A DNA stretch of 64,000 bases from a virus. Position numbers and translations under genes: made by a program. Position 1 is the first letter of the stretch, and the number at the start of each line of letters is the position of its first letter. Below are positions 20,500 to 29,491 of this stretch, one piece after another. The notes below the pieces were generated by a model. The model saw only the letters and a list, made by a program, of their open reading frames with translations. It ran no database searches and was not told the DNA's origin. The stretch spans positions 1 through 64,000 of IMG/VR virus record IMGVR_UViG_3300042453_004661; one strand, given 5' to 3'.

Positions 20500-20528
20500 T
20501 TGACACATAGACACGATTTTGGTAGAAT
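20500..20528 (+). promoter_or_regulatory. Strong sigma70-like promoter
   Basis: TTGACA-17-TAGAAT with an extended TG. Confidence 0.85.
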
Positions 20529-20546
20529 AGTAGCAGGAGATAAATT

Positions 20547-20888
20547 ATGTCTATGATTACAAGAGAAGATGAAGAAAAAATCAAGCAAGCATGGTCTCAG
20601 GGCCTGACCCGGGCTTCTTTCGGCGGAGGTAAGGGTACATGCCAGATTACCGGGTCTAAAAATGGATCGGTAGTTCTGTATGTTTTTAACGAAAAGAAGT
20701 CGTTTGCATCTAATGCTAAAGACGACGCTGTTCCTTATCTCCTAAGCGTGAATGCTTACCGGAGCCTAAAAAAGCGCATGGACAAGCAGTTCCCTCAAGC
20801 TACCCAGGTTCGTGAATCTAATGTCAAGAAGCCAGCCACAAAGACAAAGTCAGGCAAGGCTTTTAGCATCCTTAAGGTTGCCCAATAA
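20547..20888 (+). CDS. Hypothetical protein
   Basis: SD aggag downstream of a promoter. Confidence 0.7.
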   Translation: MSMITREDEEKIKQAWSQGLTRASFGGGKGTCQITGSKNGSVVLYVFNEKKSFASNAKDDAVPYLLSVNAYRSLKKRMDKQFPQATQVRESNVKKPATKTKSGKAFSILKVAQ

Positions 20889-20934
20889 ACATTCTGGTAT
20901 CCCATAAAGCACCAAGATAAGGGTAAAGAATAGA

Positions 20935-21201
20935 ATGAAAAAATATACTATACCAGAATCAGGATATTATCTAGTATCCGCACAAGTGCGACACGCTACT
21001 CCAGTGGGAGAGGCTAGAGTTATTCCGAATCCAGATAAGAAATGGTGGCAATTCTGGAAGCCGGATCATATTATTCATCAAGAATGGTCACACCATACTA
21101 CATATGACGGATCGAAAATCCTGCTTTGCTCGCAGGGTGAAGTCATCGATTCTGAAGTATTACCTGTCAGATTGTCGGCCATAGCAAAAGGAACAGATTG
21201 A
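20935..21201 (+). CDS. Hypothetical protein (KKWWQFW motif)
   Basis: ORF in a tightly packed + strand array. Confidence 0.6.
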   Translation: MKKYTIPESGYYLVSAQVRHATPVGEARVIPNPDKKWWQFWKPDHIIHQEWSHHTTYDGSKILLCSQGEVIDSEVLPVRLSAIAKGTD

Positions 21202-21202
21202 T

Positions 21203-21490
21203 ATGGACATGACTATTGAGGAATTAGCTCGTTTCTATTTTCAGGATAAATTGTCCAAGTTTTGTCCAGCAGACAAAAGCGAAAGACCAAATGGTTTTGA
21301 AAAGGAAATGTTTCGGTATGGATTGCAACACGCTCAAGCTGATACTGAAAAGCTCGAAGCCGAAAACGCAAGACTTAGAGAGGCGTTGGAGTTTTATGCA
21401 AAACTCGGAGACGAAACTTATCCGAATACTACAATTATCTACGATGAATGGGGTAAGTGCGCCCGTAAAGCGTTGAGGGGCGGGGAGTAA
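21203..21490 (+). CDS. Hypothetical protein
   Basis: ENARLREALEFYA...ARKAL phage-type motif. Confidence 0.65.
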   Translation: MDMTIEELARFYFQDKLSKFCPADKSERPNGFEKEMFRYGLQHAQADTEKLEAENARLREALEFYAKLGDETYPNTTIIYDEWGKCARKALRGGE

Positions 21491-21855
21491 TGTTTAGCTG
21501 TGCCAATCATGGGTGGACGCACCATCTTTATATGTGTCCAGTCTGCAACTCAACATATGTTCGATTCGATACAACATCCTCAAATACAGGCGTAGTATCT
21601 CAATGGAATATTACAGATGATAAGAAAATCGAAAGTCTTCAGCATAAGCTAGATGTAGCTGTTAAGGCCCTAGAGCTGTGTTCTGCCCAGGCTGGGACCG
21701 CTGATCCTGGCGATGGATGTCGTTTGGTAATCCAGACCGTAAAAGACGCATTAGCCCATATCAAATCTGACTCTAGCCCAGAAGTTCTCGAGGCTTATGC
21801 AAGAATAATTGAGCGATTTGGTCAGATGTTTAGGAATTTAGCGAAAGTAGATTGA
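21490..21855 (+). CDS. Hypothetical protein with an N-terminal Zn-binding motif
   Basis: CxxH...CxxC; SD ggag. Confidence 0.6.
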   Translation: MFSCANHGWTHHLYMCPVCNSTYVRFDTTSSNTGVVSQWNITDDKKIESLQHKLDVAVKALELCSAQAGTADPGDGCRLVIQTVKDALAHIKSDSSPEVLEAYARIIERFGQMFRNLAKVD

Positions 21856-21863
21856 TTTTCGTA

Positions 21864-22019
21864 ATGAAGGCTATATTTCAAAAGCTAACCGCATACTTCT
21901 TCTTGATGTCCACTATTTTGGGGTTTTTGAGCAAGCAATCCTTGGCGTCCCTTTTGGGGCTCATGGCCGGGGCATGTTTTTTTATAGATGTTGTTTTAAT
22001 TAAAGAAATTAGAAAATAA
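21864..22019 (+). CDS. Small two-TM membrane protein, 51 aa (below the ORF-track cutoff)
   Basis: Translated by hand as MKAIFQKLTAYFFLMSTILGFLSKQSLASLLGLMAGACFFIDVVLIKEIRK; it fills the gap. Confidence 0.5.
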   Translation: MKAIFQKLTAYFFLMSTILGFLSKQSLASLLGLMAGACFFIDVVLIKEIRK

Positions 22020-22062
22020 TTGTTGATGCAAACAGTGCATTTTGATATTCTTATTTCAGGAG
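22013..22062 (+). repeat. 50-bp promoter+SD direct repeat, copy 1
   Basis: One mismatch versus 25160-25209. Contains TTGATG-17-TATTCT and caggag. Confidence 0.9.
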
Positions 22063-22068
22063 CAGATT

Positions 22069-22275
22069 ATGGCTACAAAAAAAGTAAAAGAACTGGAAGA
22101 AAAACTTGCTATTGCAACTGAATTTCTTGATAATATAGTAGGGATGGAGAATCTTTCTAAAATGGAAGAGACCAAATTTTGGACAAAACAAAAAAAACAA
22201 ACATTGATTGATATCATTGTTGCTGACACACTTGAGGCTCAGGCTGTACTGAAGAAGATTAGGGGAATTAAATGA
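22069..22275 (+). CDS. Hypothetical protein
   Basis: ATG 22069 follows SD aggag. Confidence 0.65.
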   Translation: MATKKVKELEEKLAIATEFLDNIVGMENLSKMEETKFWTKQKKQTLIDIIVADTLEAQAVLKKIRGIK

Positions 22276-22475
22276 ATTTTTGGCTAAAGCTATCTGATGA
22301 TCTTTTTCTATTTGGCGCTGGGGGGATTACCTCTGTAAAGCAAATTGATTTACGAGATAAACCAAGCTCATATGCTTATAAGACTGAATTGTTTGCTGGC
22401 CCAACAAGGATAGCTTTGGTCATGGAGACAGTAGAAGAAATTAACGCTTGCATAAAAGAAAAAACTGTACGATAA
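22272..22475 (+). CDS. Hypothetical protein
   Basis: Overlaps the upstream stop; SD agggg. Confidence 0.55.
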   Translation: MNFWLKLSDDLFLFGAGGITSVKQIDLRDKPSSYAYKTELFAGPTRIALVMETVEEINACIKEKTVR

Positions 22476-22492
22476 TGGAGGAGGAGGAAATT

Positions 22493-22726
22493 ATGGATAA
22501 AATTGAAAAAATGGCTCATCAAATTCTTTCTGTTGACCCTTCTGAACTCAGTGGGTCTGAATTTAGAAATCTGCAAAGGAATGCCAGCATTGCAATGAAC
22601 CGGATTGAGTCCGAGATTGAGGACATCTGTTGCTTTGACAAATATCAAAATCTCTCTGAAGAAGACCAAGAGAAAGTAGATCGCCTGCTTGAGCTTAAGC
22701 ATGCATTGCACTATATTGCAGGATAA
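22493..22726 (+). CDS. Hypothetical protein
   Basis: ATG 22493 follows ggagg. Confidence 0.6.
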   Translation: MDKIEKMAHQILSVDPSELSGSEFRNLQRNASIAMNRIESEIEDICCFDKYQNLSEEDQEKVDRLLELKHALHYIAG

Positions 22727-22728
22727 TA

Positions 22729-22974
22729 ATGAACACTAACATCAATGAGGAGCTGTATTGGAATATGCCAGAGTATAACAATGTTGATTTGCCAGATCCT
22801 GTAGTTGAAGTTGTTTTTAAGTTTAGATCCCAAGAAGACTATGAAAAATTCCATGCCCTGGTAAAAGAGCATGTTTATGAGGGCAAGCGAGTCTTTGACG
22901 GGATGCAAAGAAAAGAGCGCAAGAGCGCCTGGTATCCTCTTCTAGAAAAGCCTTCCAACTATAAGTATGAATAA
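22729..22974 (+). CDS. Small partner protein of the TAGT-like glycosyltransferase
   Basis: WNMPEY...FRSQEDYEKF...SAWYP, a pattern I recall immediately upstream of this glycosyltransferase family. Confidence 0.55.
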   Translation: MNTNINEELYWNMPEYNNVDLPDPVVEVVFKFRSQEDYEKFHALVKEHVYEGKRVFDGMQRKERKSAWYPLLEKPSNYKYE

Positions 22975-23833
22975 GCCTAGATTCCCGGTATACATCGTCA
23001 GCAAGGGACGATACCAAAGAAGGCCAACCTCAAAATACTTAGAAAGTATTGGCGTCCATTATTACATCATAGTTGAAGAGAGCGAAGAGGAAGAGTATCG
23101 CAAAGTGGTCCAGGGCGAGGTTTTGGTACTGCCAGAGTCCTACAAGAAGCAGTACGATTGTTTCTGGAATGACGGCAACCCCAAAACTGGCCCAGGCCCG
23201 GCCCGAAACTTTGCCTGGGATCATGCAGTAGCTAATGGCCATGCGTGGCACTGGGTTCTGGACGACAATATTGAAGCATTCCAGAGATTCAATAACAACA
23301 TGAAAATCAAATGCGTAACCGGAAAGCCATTCTGGATTATGGAGGATTATGTCCTCAGATTTGAGAATATTGCATTAGCTAGTCCGGGATATTCCATTTT
23401 TTGCCCGTACTACGAAAGAAGACCGCCATTGCGCTGGAATACAAGAATATACTCTTGTCTTTTAATCAGGAATGATATCCCCTATCGCTGGCGTGGTCGA
23501 TACAATGAAGATACGGACTTATCTCTTCGAGTCCTCAAGGATGGGTGGTGTACTGTTGAATTCAATTGTTTTCTTCAAGAGAAAAGAGCTACCCAGACCG
23601 TCAAGGGTGGAAATGACAAAGAGTTCTACGCAGAAGAAGGCACATTAAATAAGTCTAAAATGCTTGTAGAGATGCACCCAGATGTGACCAGACTTACTCA
23701 AAAGTTTAATCGCTGGCATCATCATGTGGATTATGAAAGCTTTAGGCAAAACAATAAACCTATTTTGAAGCCAGGGATTGTTGTAGAGCCAAAGGTTAAT
23801 GATTTTGGAATGAAGCTCATAAAACTAAAGTGA
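22967..23833 (+). CDS. TET-associated/GREB1-like glycosyltransferase (DNA base hypermodification)
   Basis: PVYIVSKGR, ARNFAWDH, WVLDDNI, WRGRYNEDTDL and KGGN. Confidence 0.75.
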   Translation: MNKPRFPVYIVSKGRYQRRPTSKYLESIGVHYYIIVEESEEEEYRKVVQGEVLVLPESYKKQYDCFWNDGNPKTGPGPARNFAWDHAVANGHAWHWVLDDNIEAFQRFNNNMKIKCVTGKPFWIMEDYVLRFENIALASPGYSIFCPYYERRPPLRWNTRIYSCLLIRNDIPYRWRGRYNEDTDLSLRVLKDGWCTVEFNCFLQEKRATQTVKGGNDKEFYAEEGTLNKSKMLVEMHPDVTRLTQKFNRWHHHVDYESFRQNNKPILKPGIVVEPKVNDFGMKLIKLK

Positions 23834-23834
23834 C

Positions 23835-24266
23835 ATGGAAGACAAGAAACAACTAACGCCAGAACAGCTCAAAGAAATCGCTATCAAAAAGCGACAAAGA
23901 AAGATTGGATTTCGTGAACACAGAAAGAAAAAGAAAAGAGAACTTTGTGCCTACTGCAAGAAACGCCGGGCCACAACTACAGAGCATTTCATTCCCCAAT
24001 CAAGCGCCCTGGATATAGCGTTTAGAAAGATAAATCTTATCCCGGCATGCAGGCCATGCAACATGCATAAGGGAGGAAGATGGCCCAGCCAGAAAGAGAT
24101 CGACTGGTTTTTTGAATACTGGAAAAAAGAGTTAGAAGAAATTGAAAAGCACTTAAAAATAGCTCATGCAATCAAAAGAAACAAGCATGGGCATGTACCG
24201 GAGGAAGGCAATGATAAACGCAGAAGACCTAGGAATAAAAGAAGACACCGCAGAAATCCAGTTTAA
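23835..24266 (+). CDS. HNH endonuclease
   Basis: CAYC...EHFIP...NLIPACRPCNMHKG. Confidence 0.85.
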   Translation: MEDKKQLTPEQLKEIAIKKRQRKIGFREHRKKKKRELCAYCKKRRATTTEHFIPQSSALDIAFRKINLIPACRPCNMHKGGRWPSQKEIDWFFEYWKKELEEIEKHLKIAHAIKRNKHGHVPEEGNDKRRRPRNKRRHRRNPV

Positions 24267-24525
24267 TATTAAGGTATTTGACAACCGATTGCCAAATGTC
24301 TATGTGTCAAACGATGGAGGGCCAGTCTTCGGGGTCTTCTACTTGAAGGCCTCTGGCATAACGGGCAAGCCTAGTGAGTATCTTCTCGATCATTTTAGTA
24401 TATCCGGTGGGTCTACTCCTCTTCAGTACCAGGATGCCGTATCAATAGCCAAAGACTTTTTTGAAAAGTATCTTAGAAGTAAAATCCTTCAAAGGGCGTA
24501 TACCGCTAAAATTACTAGGATTTAA
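24211..24525 (+). CDS. Hypothetical protein
   Basis: ATG 24211 follows ggagg. Confidence 0.55.
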   Translation: MINAEDLGIKEDTAEIQFNIKVFDNRLPNVYVSNDGGPVFGVFYLKASGITGKPSEYLLDHFSISGGSTPLQYQDAVSIAKDFFEKYLRSKILQRAYTAKITRI

Positions 24526-24540
24526 TTTTTACAAAAAAAG

Positions 24541-24569
24541 TTGACCGCAGTATTGGATTTTGTTATTCT
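24541..24569 (+). promoter_or_regulatory. sigma70-like promoter
   Basis: TTGACC-17-TATTCT with an extended TG and an A/T-rich UP element. Confidence 0.8.
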
Positions 24570-24585
24570 ATTCTCAGGAGGCAAT

Positions 24586-25173
24586 ATGATTGCACTGAGA
24601 AACAACCAAGAACAACAAAACCAAGAAGTATTCCAATGGCTTGAAAATTATACCGGGACCTTTGAGTTCCTTTTGAGCCTGAAGACCCAGCTCCTTGTCA
24701 AGGGATATCTTTCAGACAAGCAGATCTCTGCTGCAGAGCGTTGCATGCAAAATGCAAGCAAGCCCAAGCTTGAAGTGGTCAAGCCTGAATTCTCTGTCAA
24801 GAATGGCCAAGTATTGGAAGTCAAAAAGTCTTTTGCCCAAAAGATTGCTGAATCCCATGACTCTTCTGTGACTTTCTTTAATTTTGAAGTCCTGGAAGTC
24901 AAAGCTGAAACTCATAGGGCCGTCCTGGTCAAGACCAGGGCCTCTGCCAAAGTTACCAGCCATTGCACTGTCTGTGGCAGGACCCTGACTGACCCGGCCT
25001 CTATCATGTCTGGGATTGGCCCAGTCTGTGCTGAAAAGCATGGAATCCCCTATGGTTCACTTGAAGCTACCAAGACCCACATGGAGCGTCTTGCAATTAA
25101 ACAGGCTGAATTTGAAACCTGGATTCCCAAGTCAGTAATTAAAAATTTTGAAGAATTGAAAAATAATTGTTGA
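24586..25173 (+). CDS. DUF6011-like zinc-finger protein
   Basis: CTVCGRTLTDPASIMSGIGPVCA; SD aggagg. Confidence 0.75.
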   Translation: MIALRNNQEQQNQEVFQWLENYTGTFEFLLSLKTQLLVKGYLSDKQISAAERCMQNASKPKLEVVKPEFSVKNGQVLEVKKSFAQKIAESHDSSVTFFNFEVLEVKAETHRAVLVKTRASAKVTSHCTVCGRTLTDPASIMSGIGPVCAEKHGIPYGSLEATKTHMERLAIKQAEFETWIPKSVIKNFEELKNNC

Positions 25174-25209
25174 TGCAAATAGTGCATTTTGATATTCTTA
25201 TTTCAGGAG
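25160..25209 (+). repeat. 50-bp promoter+SD direct repeat, copy 2
   Basis: One mismatch versus 22013-22062. Confidence 0.9.
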
Positions 25210-25215
25210 GAAGTT

Positions 25216-25533
25216 ATGATTAAGAAGGTTAAAGGTAGCATGGGCATTGAGTCAGAAGTTCGGTTCCAGAATGGAGTCTGGGTTTGGATCTCCAATGGCA
25301 GAGTTCCCCCTGCTGATGCCATCAAAGACTATGGCATTGACAAGCTTCCAAACTTTGACAAGGCCCGCCATGACCAAGTCAGAGACCAGCAAACTGCTGA
25401 ATTCCTTGACTCTTACAGAAAGAAGATGGAGTCCTGGGAGCCCTCTGCAGAAGAGATGTATGAGATGAGGGCTGCATATGGCAAAGGAGCCACTGTGATC
25501 AACTTGATCACTGGCAGAAAGTACAAGGTATGA
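25216..25533 (+). CDS. Hypothetical protein
   Basis: SD aggagg; EMRAAYGKGATVINLITGR phage-type motif. Confidence 0.7.
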   Translation: MIKKVKGSMGIESEVRFQNGVWVWISNGRVPPADAIKDYGIDKLPNFDKARHDQVRDQQTAEFLDSYRKKMESWEPSAEEMYEMRAAYGKGATVINLITGRKYKV

Positions 25534-25790
25534 CCTGTAAAAAATTAGCAGAGTTCTTGGCCTCGATGGGGGTGGAAACATCCCCATCGGAGCTAAGGCG
25601 AAGCTGTAGAAAACACAAGACCTGGACCAGGGAAGGCGTATTCTGCTTTGTCCCGGTTTTAGACATTGAAACCAGAAATGACCTGGAAGCATTCTTGATG
25701 CATAAGGGGTGGGTCGTAGATCGATCCTATATGATGGAGACCCCCCAAGTAGTTGTTAAAGTAAACTACAGATTAAAGGACAAAAAATGA
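25530..25790 (+). CDS. Hypothetical protein
   Basis: ATGA overlaps. Confidence 0.55.
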   Translation: MTCKKLAEFLASMGVETSPSELRRSCRKHKTWTREGVFCFVPVLDIETRNDLEAFLMHKGWVVDRSYMMETPQVVVKVNYRLKDKK

Positions 25791-26239
25791 AAAGACTCTT
25801 TATGTTGCTGGCCCTGGCCTGCTCCTGTGGCCCGAAGCCTCCTGTTATTGTTGACGATGCTTTGGCTCCATATGTTCATAAGTTTGAGAAAGACATCGAT
25901 GTTAAGGTATCGAATGTCAGCGTAGGATTTGGAGCCACCAGTGGCAATGTCGTTGGGAAATGCCTCATGTATGGGGGCCATCGGAAGATTATCATCAAAA
26001 AAGATTATTGGGATAGTGTATCTGAAGTGCAAAAGGAACAGTTAATGTACCATGAGCTAGGGCATTGCGCTCTGGGCCTGGGCCACGAAGATGGATTGCT
26101 TTCTGATTATTGCCCAGCTTCAATCATGTATCCGTTTGCTTTCGAGTATTGCTACAAAAACTTTCCCGAATATTACAAAAAAGAACTGAAGTTAAGAATC
26201 TTGAACCCCAGAAATGCATACAAAGTTGATAAGCTTTAA
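25787..26239 (+). CDS. Lipoprotein zinc metallopeptidase (metzincin-like)
   Basis: Lipobox-like LALAC, HELGHCALGLGH and Met-turn SIMYP. Confidence 0.8.
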   Translation: MKRLFMLLALACSCGPKPPVIVDDALAPYVHKFEKDIDVKVSNVSVGFGATSGNVVGKCLMYGGHRKIIIKKDYWDSVSEVQKEQLMYHELGHCALGLGHEDGLLSDYCPASIMYPFAFEYCYKNFPEYYKKELKLRILNPRNAYKVDKL

Positions 26240-26255
26240 CAAACAGGAGGTATCT

Positions 26256-26519
26256 ATGGACAACAGAGTAGACAAAACAGTTCTCATTAACCTTTTGATC
26301 AACAATGAAATCAATAAGCTGATGGACAATGGAGAATGGAGAGAAACGATAGCCTCCCTGATGCATAATGGGCACAAAGGGTATCAAAATTATTCTTTCC
26401 TCGAATTGTTCGAAGAGGCCCTTGATGTTTATGAGTTTGAAACCCTAGAAAATCCAGAAGAAAACATGGAAGCTTTCTTTGCCTGGTGCATCAATAACTC
26501 TTCTGCAAGCTGGACTTAA
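26256..26519 (+). CDS. Hypothetical protein
   Basis: ATG 26256 follows aggagg. Confidence 0.65.
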   Translation: MDNRVDKTVLINLLINNEINKLMDNGEWRETIASLMHNGHKGYQNYSFLELFEEALDVYEFETLENPEENMEAFFAWCINNSSASWT

Positions 26520-26533
26520 TCTCTAAAAAGATG

Positions 26534-26562
26534 TTGACCATTGCGATACATTTTGATAAAAT
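26534..26562 (+). promoter_or_regulatory. sigma70-like promoter
   Basis: TTGACC-17-TAAAAT with an extended TG. Confidence 0.8.
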
Positions 26563-26581
26563 TTAAGTGTAGGGAGGAATT

Positions 26582-26770
26582 ATGGAAAACAAAGGACCTA
26601 GCTTTGAAGATGTAATGAAGTATGAAGATGGAGACATGACTGAGGAAGAAGTTGTAGAGTTCTTCCAAAAGCTGATTGACTCTGGAATGGCCTGGAGCCT
26701 TCAGGGGCACTACGGCAGGACTGCTCAGTATTTGATCAAATCTGGCCGTTGTGTCAGGAAAGAGGGATAA
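26582..26770 (+). CDS. Conserved small phage protein
   Basis: FQKLIDSGMAWSLQGHYGRTA motif; SD ggagg. Confidence 0.7.
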   Translation: MENKGPSFEDVMKYEDGDMTEEEVVEFFQKLIDSGMAWSLQGHYGRTAQYLIKSGRCVRKEG

Positions 26771-26773
26771 TAT

Positions 26774-27049
26774 ATGGAAAAGATTGATGTCACCAATGCA
26801 GTTAAGTTAATTAAGAGTACCAAAGGCAAGATCTTTACAGTTTCTTTTATCAAGAAGGATGGGAGCCTTCGCAGGATGAACTGCAGGCTCGGAGTTAAAA
26901 AGCACCTGAAGGGTGGGGAAATGGCCTATGACCCTTCCGAGTATGACTTGCTCCCTGTATTTGATCTCCAGAATGAAGCATACAGGATGATCAATTTGGA
27001 GACCCTTAAAGAGATCACTGTTGATGGAGAGACCTTCTCCATTATCTAA
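26774..27049 (+). CDS. WYL/SH3-like small phage protein
   Basis: FTVSFIKKDGSLRRM...VFDL...YRMIN. Confidence 0.6.
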   Translation: MEKIDVTNAVKLIKSTKGKIFTVSFIKKDGSLRRMNCRLGVKKHLKGGEMAYDPSEYDLLPVFDLQNEAYRMINLETLKEITVDGETFSII

Positions 27050-27050
27050 C

Positions 27051-27401
27051 ATGAGGACAGCTAGAAGACAGGCCGAAAAAGCATCGGTCAAAGGAGAGCA
27101 TAAGATACATAGACTTGGGGCTGTGATTGCTTTTGGCAATGATATTGTTTCCGTAGGATGGAACAAATCAAAAACACACCCCAAGTCTACTCATCCTTGG
27201 AAGCATATCCATGCTGAAATGGACGCAATTATGAAGGCCGGACAGTGCGACGGGGCTGAATTGTATGTGGCTAGGATCGGTAATGACGGCCTGCTCCGGA
27301 ATGCCAAACCTTGCCCGGCATGTATGTCTTTGATTATTGCTAGTGGGATACGCAAGATCCACTTTACAGAAAACAATGACTGGTGTACTATAGAGCTATG
27401 A
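27051..27401 (+). CDS. Zinc-dependent cytidine/dCMP deaminase-like protein
   Basis: IHAE and KPCPAC. Confidence 0.85.
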   Translation: MRTARRQAEKASVKGEHKIHRLGAVIAFGNDIVSVGWNKSKTHPKSTHPWKHIHAEMDAIMKAGQCDGAELYVARIGNDGLLRNAKPCPACMSLIIASGIRKIHFTENNDWCTIEL

Positions 27402-27886
27402 ATATTTTTGTTACAGATCCATGCCCCAAGAAGTCAGCCCAGGCCCTCGATGACAAGAGGGTCATCAAGATGATCCTGGAGACTGCCCAGATTTTATCTA
27501 CAGTGATCCGTGGCCGTGATGTGGTCTATGCCGATGCTAATTCATTATATCGCCCTACCCACACTGGCCATCCCTGCGTCAAGTGGGCAGGCCAAAGCAA
27601 GGGCAATTATGTTTGGCTTTTGGACCACATGAAGGCCTTGCTTGATGAGTACACCGCCAGGTTCGGTAAAGAACATAAGTCTGGCTCTCTCTTGCAGGCT
27701 CTTGATAACTATGCAGACAGCATGCCTTCCCCAGAGATGACTCATTTTGTCAATTGCACAGACTTTAAACATATCCCAAATGTCTATGAGGCATACAAAC
27801 AAGCTTTGTCTAGTAAATGGGTAAAAGACAAAATCGTCCCCCGGTGGACTAAATCTAACCAGCCAGAATGGAGGTCTTATGGTTGA
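27398..27886 (+). CDS. Pyrimidine-dimer DNA glycosylase (DenV)-like family protein
   Basis: MNIF...DDKRVIKMILETAQ...HPCVKW...EYTARFGKEH. Confidence 0.7.
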   Translation: MNIFVTDPCPKKSAQALDDKRVIKMILETAQILSTVIRGRDVVYADANSLYRPTHTGHPCVKWAGQSKGNYVWLLDHMKALLDEYTARFGKEHKSGSLLQALDNYADSMPSPEMTHFVNCTDFKHIPNVYEAYKQALSSKWVKDKIVPRWTKSNQPEWRSYG

Positions 27887-28064
27887 CATTGAAAATCTAT
27901 TGGAAAAAATTCACAAAGAACTGTATCATGGTGATGGAGAGGTGGTTCTCGAGGGAGAGAATGCCAGCATTCAAGTCGAGAATGAGCTTCTCGAGGCGGG
28001 ACTTGATGTCGTCCGATATCGGTGTCCGGTCCTTCTCCGCTCAAAACTAAGGGTTACTCTGTAA
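27879..28064 (+). CDS. Hypothetical protein
   Basis: SD ggagg. Confidence 0.5.
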   Translation: MVDIENLLEKIHKELYHGDGEVVLEGENASIQVENELLEAGLDVVRYRCPVLLRSKLRVTL

Positions 28065-28076
28065 TCTGGAGGCATT

Positions 28077-28274
28077 GTGTTCGGCAAAATCAGATGGATA
28101 GATGAAAGAAAAGGCTATGGCTTCATCATCAGTGAATCATACAAAGATATCTTCTTTCATTATTCACAGGTCCTGGGTGGCAATTTCAGATCCCTCAAGC
28201 TTGGTCAAGAAGTTGAATTTGACCTGTATGAAGTCAAGAAGGGATATGAAGCAAAGTCAGTAAGAGGTCTCTAA
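28077..28274 (+). CDS. Cold-shock domain protein
   Basis: RNP1 KGYGFI and RNP2 DIFFHYS; GTG start after ggagg. Confidence 0.9.
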   Translation: MFGKIRWIDERKGYGFIISESYKDIFFHYSQVLGGNFRSLKLGQEVEFDLYEVKKGYEAKSVRGL

Positions 28275-29056
28275 TGAATCTAAGTGATTGTATTACTCAT
28301 TGTAAAGCTATGGTTGGCCAGAACAATGGCAATTATATGCTACCTATTACTGAGGAAGACGAAGTCATAGAGAATTCTAGTACAACTCGATCATTTAAAA
28401 AATATGATGTATGGGTCGGTCCTCATGGAGAACAACAGATTTGGTCAGTATGTTTTGCCGATGTTAATAATCACTCAACTTATTCGATATGGACCGGAGG
28501 TTACTCTACCCCAAGCGGTCCCGCAAAAGAAATAGGCGTAGTCTTCATGGATAAGAACGGAGTCTGTCGAGCCATGTCTGCTATGTCTATAGATTACTCC
28601 TGGCGCAAGGTGAATAATCCAGATATTTATTGGACTAATCATTGGGCCAAGGTCATGCATGATATTAGGAATGGCGTATCCAGGACGAAGCCGGATACTA
28701 TTCTTGAAAGCTACGGACTGCTCCAGGCTGGCCAAACAGTATTGATCAGTGACCCAGGTACACTTAGCAATGGGGCCAGGGGGAAAATATTGTCATTCAT
28801 TACATACAAGAATACATACGGATTCCATACCGATGCCCTTGTTGTAGTGGGTGATCTGAATAGAAAAGATCATGGGCATTTTGTTCCCACAAAAGCCGTT
28901 AGCGTCGTTCCTGATGGATCTTTTTCAAAAAATGTTGACAAAAAAGATAAAGATGGAGATAATGATAGTGACTTGATGCTAAAGTTTTTTGCATCGAGCC
29001 AACACGACCCAAGTAATCCTTGGTACAAAGACTACAAAGATAAAGGAAGGAAATAG
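28274..29056 (+). CDS. Hypothetical protein
   Basis: 260-aa ORF translationally coupled to the upstream gene. Confidence 0.7.
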   Translation: MNLSDCITHCKAMVGQNNGNYMLPITEEDEVIENSSTTRSFKKYDVWVGPHGEQQIWSVCFADVNNHSTYSIWTGGYSTPSGPAKEIGVVFMDKNGVCRAMSAMSIDYSWRKVNNPDIYWTNHWAKVMHDIRNGVSRTKPDTILESYGLLQAGQTVLISDPGTLSNGARGKILSFITYKNTYGFHTDALVVVGDLNRKDHGHFVPTKAVSVVPDGSFSKNVDKKDKDGDNDSDLMLKFFASSQHDPSNPWYKDYKDKGRK

Positions 29057-29058
29057 CC

Positions 29059-29451
29059 ATGTCAGTTACTAGAATCGATTCTCATCCGAAGTTCAGCCGG
29101 AATAAACCGTCTACCCCAGTCGAGCATGATCCTATCGTTACTCTTGATGGGCATCTTTCTGCCAATGAGTTCATGAAAGAGACTTTTGAATGGCTTGCCG
29201 TAAAGAAATTCCTTTGCGACATGGGCTTTGCTATTGTGGATAACAAGGCCGAATTCATCTCAGAAAAAGCCTGTTTTAGCATCGAGCTTCCTCCAACATT
29301 TAATTCCCTCTCTTTTGCATGTGGATTTCATGGATTCCATCGGCATGGCGGGCTGTCCAAAGATGTCAAGGTAATGATTGGAAAGCTTGGAGTAGCATCT
29401 AATCTTGCCGGAGCAATGTGGAAATCTTTGGTTAAGCAGTCTGTCGCATAA
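29059..29451 (+). CDS. Hypothetical protein
   Basis: ORF in the array. Confidence 0.6.
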   Translation: MSVTRIDSHPKFSRNKPSTPVEHDPIVTLDGHLSANEFMKETFEWLAVKKFLCDMGFAIVDNKAEFISEKACFSIELPPTFNSLSFACGFHGFHRHGGLSKDVKVMIGKLGVASNLAGAMWKSLVKQSVA

Positions 29452-29491
29452 GAGTATAATAAAAATAGGACCTTCTATGTAAAGGGGGCAA

